Source: Octopus vulgaris (taxonomy: Eukaryota). Taken from it: DNA of 64,000 nucleotides. The position numbers and the translations under genes are program-made. Position 1 is the first letter of the stretch. Each line of letters starts with the position of its first letter. The notes under the pieces were generated by a model. It ran no database searches and was not told the origin of the DNA. It saw nothing but the letters and a program-made list of their open reading frames with translations. Below, piece by piece: positions 61,470 to 64,000 of the stretch. Location: assembly GCA_951406725.2 (NCBI GenBank), contig OX597819.1:135036001-135100000 (forward strand), given 5' to 3'.

Positions 61470-63162
61470 CTCCAAAACAACATGATGTCTATCATCAATA
61501 GTCAGCGAAGAGCTGAAGAGGCCTGGGCCATTGAGAAGATCAAACTCAATCCCAAAGTGTTCTTTTCATGGTTCTACTGTTGGTCCTCTGATTGATGAAA
61601 ATGGTACTCTTCAAGACAATGCCAAAACCATGGGAGAGATATTGCAGAAACAATATTGCTCTGTTTTCAGCAATCCTGATATGACTGATCTGGGCTGTAT
61701 CAGTGATGTTACTCCCCAATACACTTTATCGGACATAACCTTTGGCGCTCCTGATGTCTTAGCAGCAATAAAGGAAATGAAGCATAATTCAGCAGTAGGT
61801 CTCAATAGGTTCCCTGCTTGTGTCTTGAAGATGTGTCAAAACCAACTTGCACCCCCTCTAGCCAATCTGTGGCGGAACTCACTGGATGCTGGATATATAC
61901 CAGAAGACCTATCCCAGTCTGTTGTCCCAGTTTCCAAAAAAGGAAACAAATCGCTTGCCGTGAATTACCGTCCAATCTCACTCACCTCTCATATCATTAA
62001 GGTATTTGAGAGAGTGCTGAGATCGCGTATGACTCACTTCCTTGAGAGTCATAATATGCTGAACCCCAACCAGCATGGATTCCGTAATGGGAGAGATTGC
62101 CTGACGCAGCTACTGCATCATTTTGATGATATTTTGAGAGCCTTGGGAGAGGGCTCCAACACTGATGTCATCTACCCTGATTTCAGCAGGGCCTTTGACA
62201 GGGTTGATCATAAGATCCTTTTGAGAAAGCTGTCCAATATTGGTGTCACTGGAAAGCTGCTGCAGTGGATCAAGTGCTTCCTGTCTAACAGAACCCAACA
62301 TGTTGTAGTCGAAGGAGTCAAATCCAGCCCAGCCAAAGTCAGCCACAAGGCACTGTGTTGGGCCCACTTCTCTTCATCATCTACATAAATGATATTACTG
62401 ACACCATCAAACACAGTAACATCAGAACCTTCGCTGATGATTCCAAGCTCCAGAAGGTCATCAATGGCGTGGATGACCGAATAAACCTTCAGTCAGACCT
62501 ACTGGCTGTTGTCCAATGGGCGGAAAAGAATAACATGTTGCTAAATGAAGACAAATTCGAACTGATCCACTTTGGAAGGGAGGACGCTCTGAAACTCCCA
62601 TACTCTCTTCCTTCTGGAGAAATTCTCATGGCATCCAACAACATCAGAGACTTGGGAGTAACAGTGGACAACAACATAAGCTGGGATACACATATAAGCA
62701 GCAAAGTTGACATGGCCCGCAGAATGTGTTCCTGGATTCTCAGAACCTTCCAGTCAAGAGATTCCCACACTATTATCTTTCTCTTCTCCACTTTTGCCCG
62801 ACCCCACCTTGAATACTGCTGTCCACTGTGGTCTCTCTACACAAAACAAAATATTATGAGAATTGAAGCTCCCCAAAGGTCAATCACAAAAAAGATAGAT
62901 GGCATGTCAGACCTTGACTACTGGGGTAGACTAGAGAAGCTGAAACTATATTCACTCCAACGATGCTGTGAACGCTACATTATCTGTATGATGTGGAAAA
63001 TATTCCATCAGCACTGTCCGAATGATGTTGGCATCACCTTCAAAATACATCCAAGGCTTGGACCACGTGCCATCCGTCCACAACAAAAATCTAAATCGCA
63101 TCACATAACAACAATACGGCACAATTATTTCACCTCAATTGGACCCGCTCTCTTCAACATTA
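61470..63162 (+). mobile_element. CR1-type LINE ORF2 fragment (RT to C-terminus), frameshifted
   Basis: KIKLNPKVF..VGPLID..NYRPISLT..QHGFR..AFDRVDH..LGPLLFIIYIND..FADD..RDLGV..ARPHLEYCCPLWS..LYSLQR..GPALFN. Confidence 0.92.
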
Positions 63163-63229
63163 CATTGAAATTTGGAACACAAAATCGAAGCCTAGGGAGA
63201 AGGGTAATGCTGTGTGTTCCATACAATTT

Positions 63230-63725
63230 CATGGACCAAAATTACTGAATGGATCCTTATGATATTTGAAACTTAGATTCAATGCATAAGGGCGGGTATA
63301 ATGCAATATGTTTGGTTTCAATTTCAGATGGCTTAAAGGGGACAGAACCCCCATGAAAATTCATAAATTTTTGATGTTGATGAAATTTCGACCATGGGTA
63401 ATTGACACATATCAAAAAGTATTCTCAAAGTTTCCACTTCACATGAAAATTATAAGACAGCCTTATGGGGCCTTAACTCCCAAATTTTAGTCATTTCTTT
63501 TATGATCCAAAACTAGGTCAAAAGTACTGAATGGATCACAAAATTTGGAAATTATATTCTGTGCATAAGGGCCATAACCCCCATGACAATTTATATTTTT
63601 GCTGTTGATGAAATTTTAACCATAGATTTTAGACACAAATGAAGTAATATTTATAAAATTTCATCTTCTTACAACTTAGAAAGACCCTTTCATGGGGACT
63701 TAACACCCACAATTTAGTCATTTTA
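63230..63725. repeat. Diverged tandem duplication (about 230-280 bp period), probably the interior of a non-autonomous DNA element
   Basis: TACTGAATGGATC..TGCATAAGGGC..AACCCCCATGA..TGTTGATGAAATTT..GACACA..ATGGGG.CTTAAC.CCCA.A.TTTAGTCATTT occurs twice. Confidence 0.65.
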
Positions 63726-64000
63726 TCTAAGCAAAGACGAATACAGTTGTACTCTTGGAAGCTGTAGGGTCACGTGAGCATAAAAGATGAGCATTATTAG
63801 TAATTCAATGGTACAACAGTGTGTTTGCTTTGACATATACTTAGATTGTGATTTCTGCAATGTGATGCATAAATTGTCAAGTAAATGAGAGGCATCTTTG
63901 CCTCCACTGATTCAGTTGTAAAGTATTGAGTAAAGTTATTTGGTTGCAGACCTCCTCTTTCGGTCTTTTTATTATCACTGGGTCACACATAGTCCCCAGA

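Noticed and set aside
46393-64000. Further MNS1 exons
   Set aside because: I found no E/K/R/Q-rich splice-bounded frame on + by eye; a short exon could have been missed.

Overview
Eukaryotic, AT-rich, repeat-dominated animal DNA. The SINE, RTE and microsatellite content points to a cephalopod (Octopus-like), which is an inference. Two host genes are visible. On +, four phase-consistent exons of an MNS1 orthologue (ATG-only exon 29642-29644, then 31164-31373, 38246-38373, 46290-46392; the gene runs on past the window) lie behind a candidate RFX X-box promoter. On -, one coding exon (14231-13905) encodes an unidentified two-transmembrane protein. The rest is nested transposon debris: about 16 RTE LINE fragments with modular 3' UTRs and (GAT)n tails, a nearly intact full-length CR1-type LINE with PHD-finger ORF1 (50171-54567), a second CR1-type family as an inverted pair, Hero-, CRE-, R4-like and Penelope-like remnants, a decayed RepHel Helitron plus non-autonomous Helitrons, mariner and maT-like relics, a gag-only Gypsy element, two solo LTRs with clean 4-bp TSDs, tRNA-derived SINEs, a MITE and mini/microsatellites. 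I found no CRISPR array, rRNA, genuine tRNA or prokaryote-type system, and no clearly new biological system. The best leads are the hairpin-module arrays in RTE 3' UTRs, apparent (TA)n targeting by RTE, the near-intact CR1, the orphan 2-TM gene and a degenerate hammerhead-like motif. All coordinates and translations were read by eye; family assignments come from remembered motifs, not database searches.
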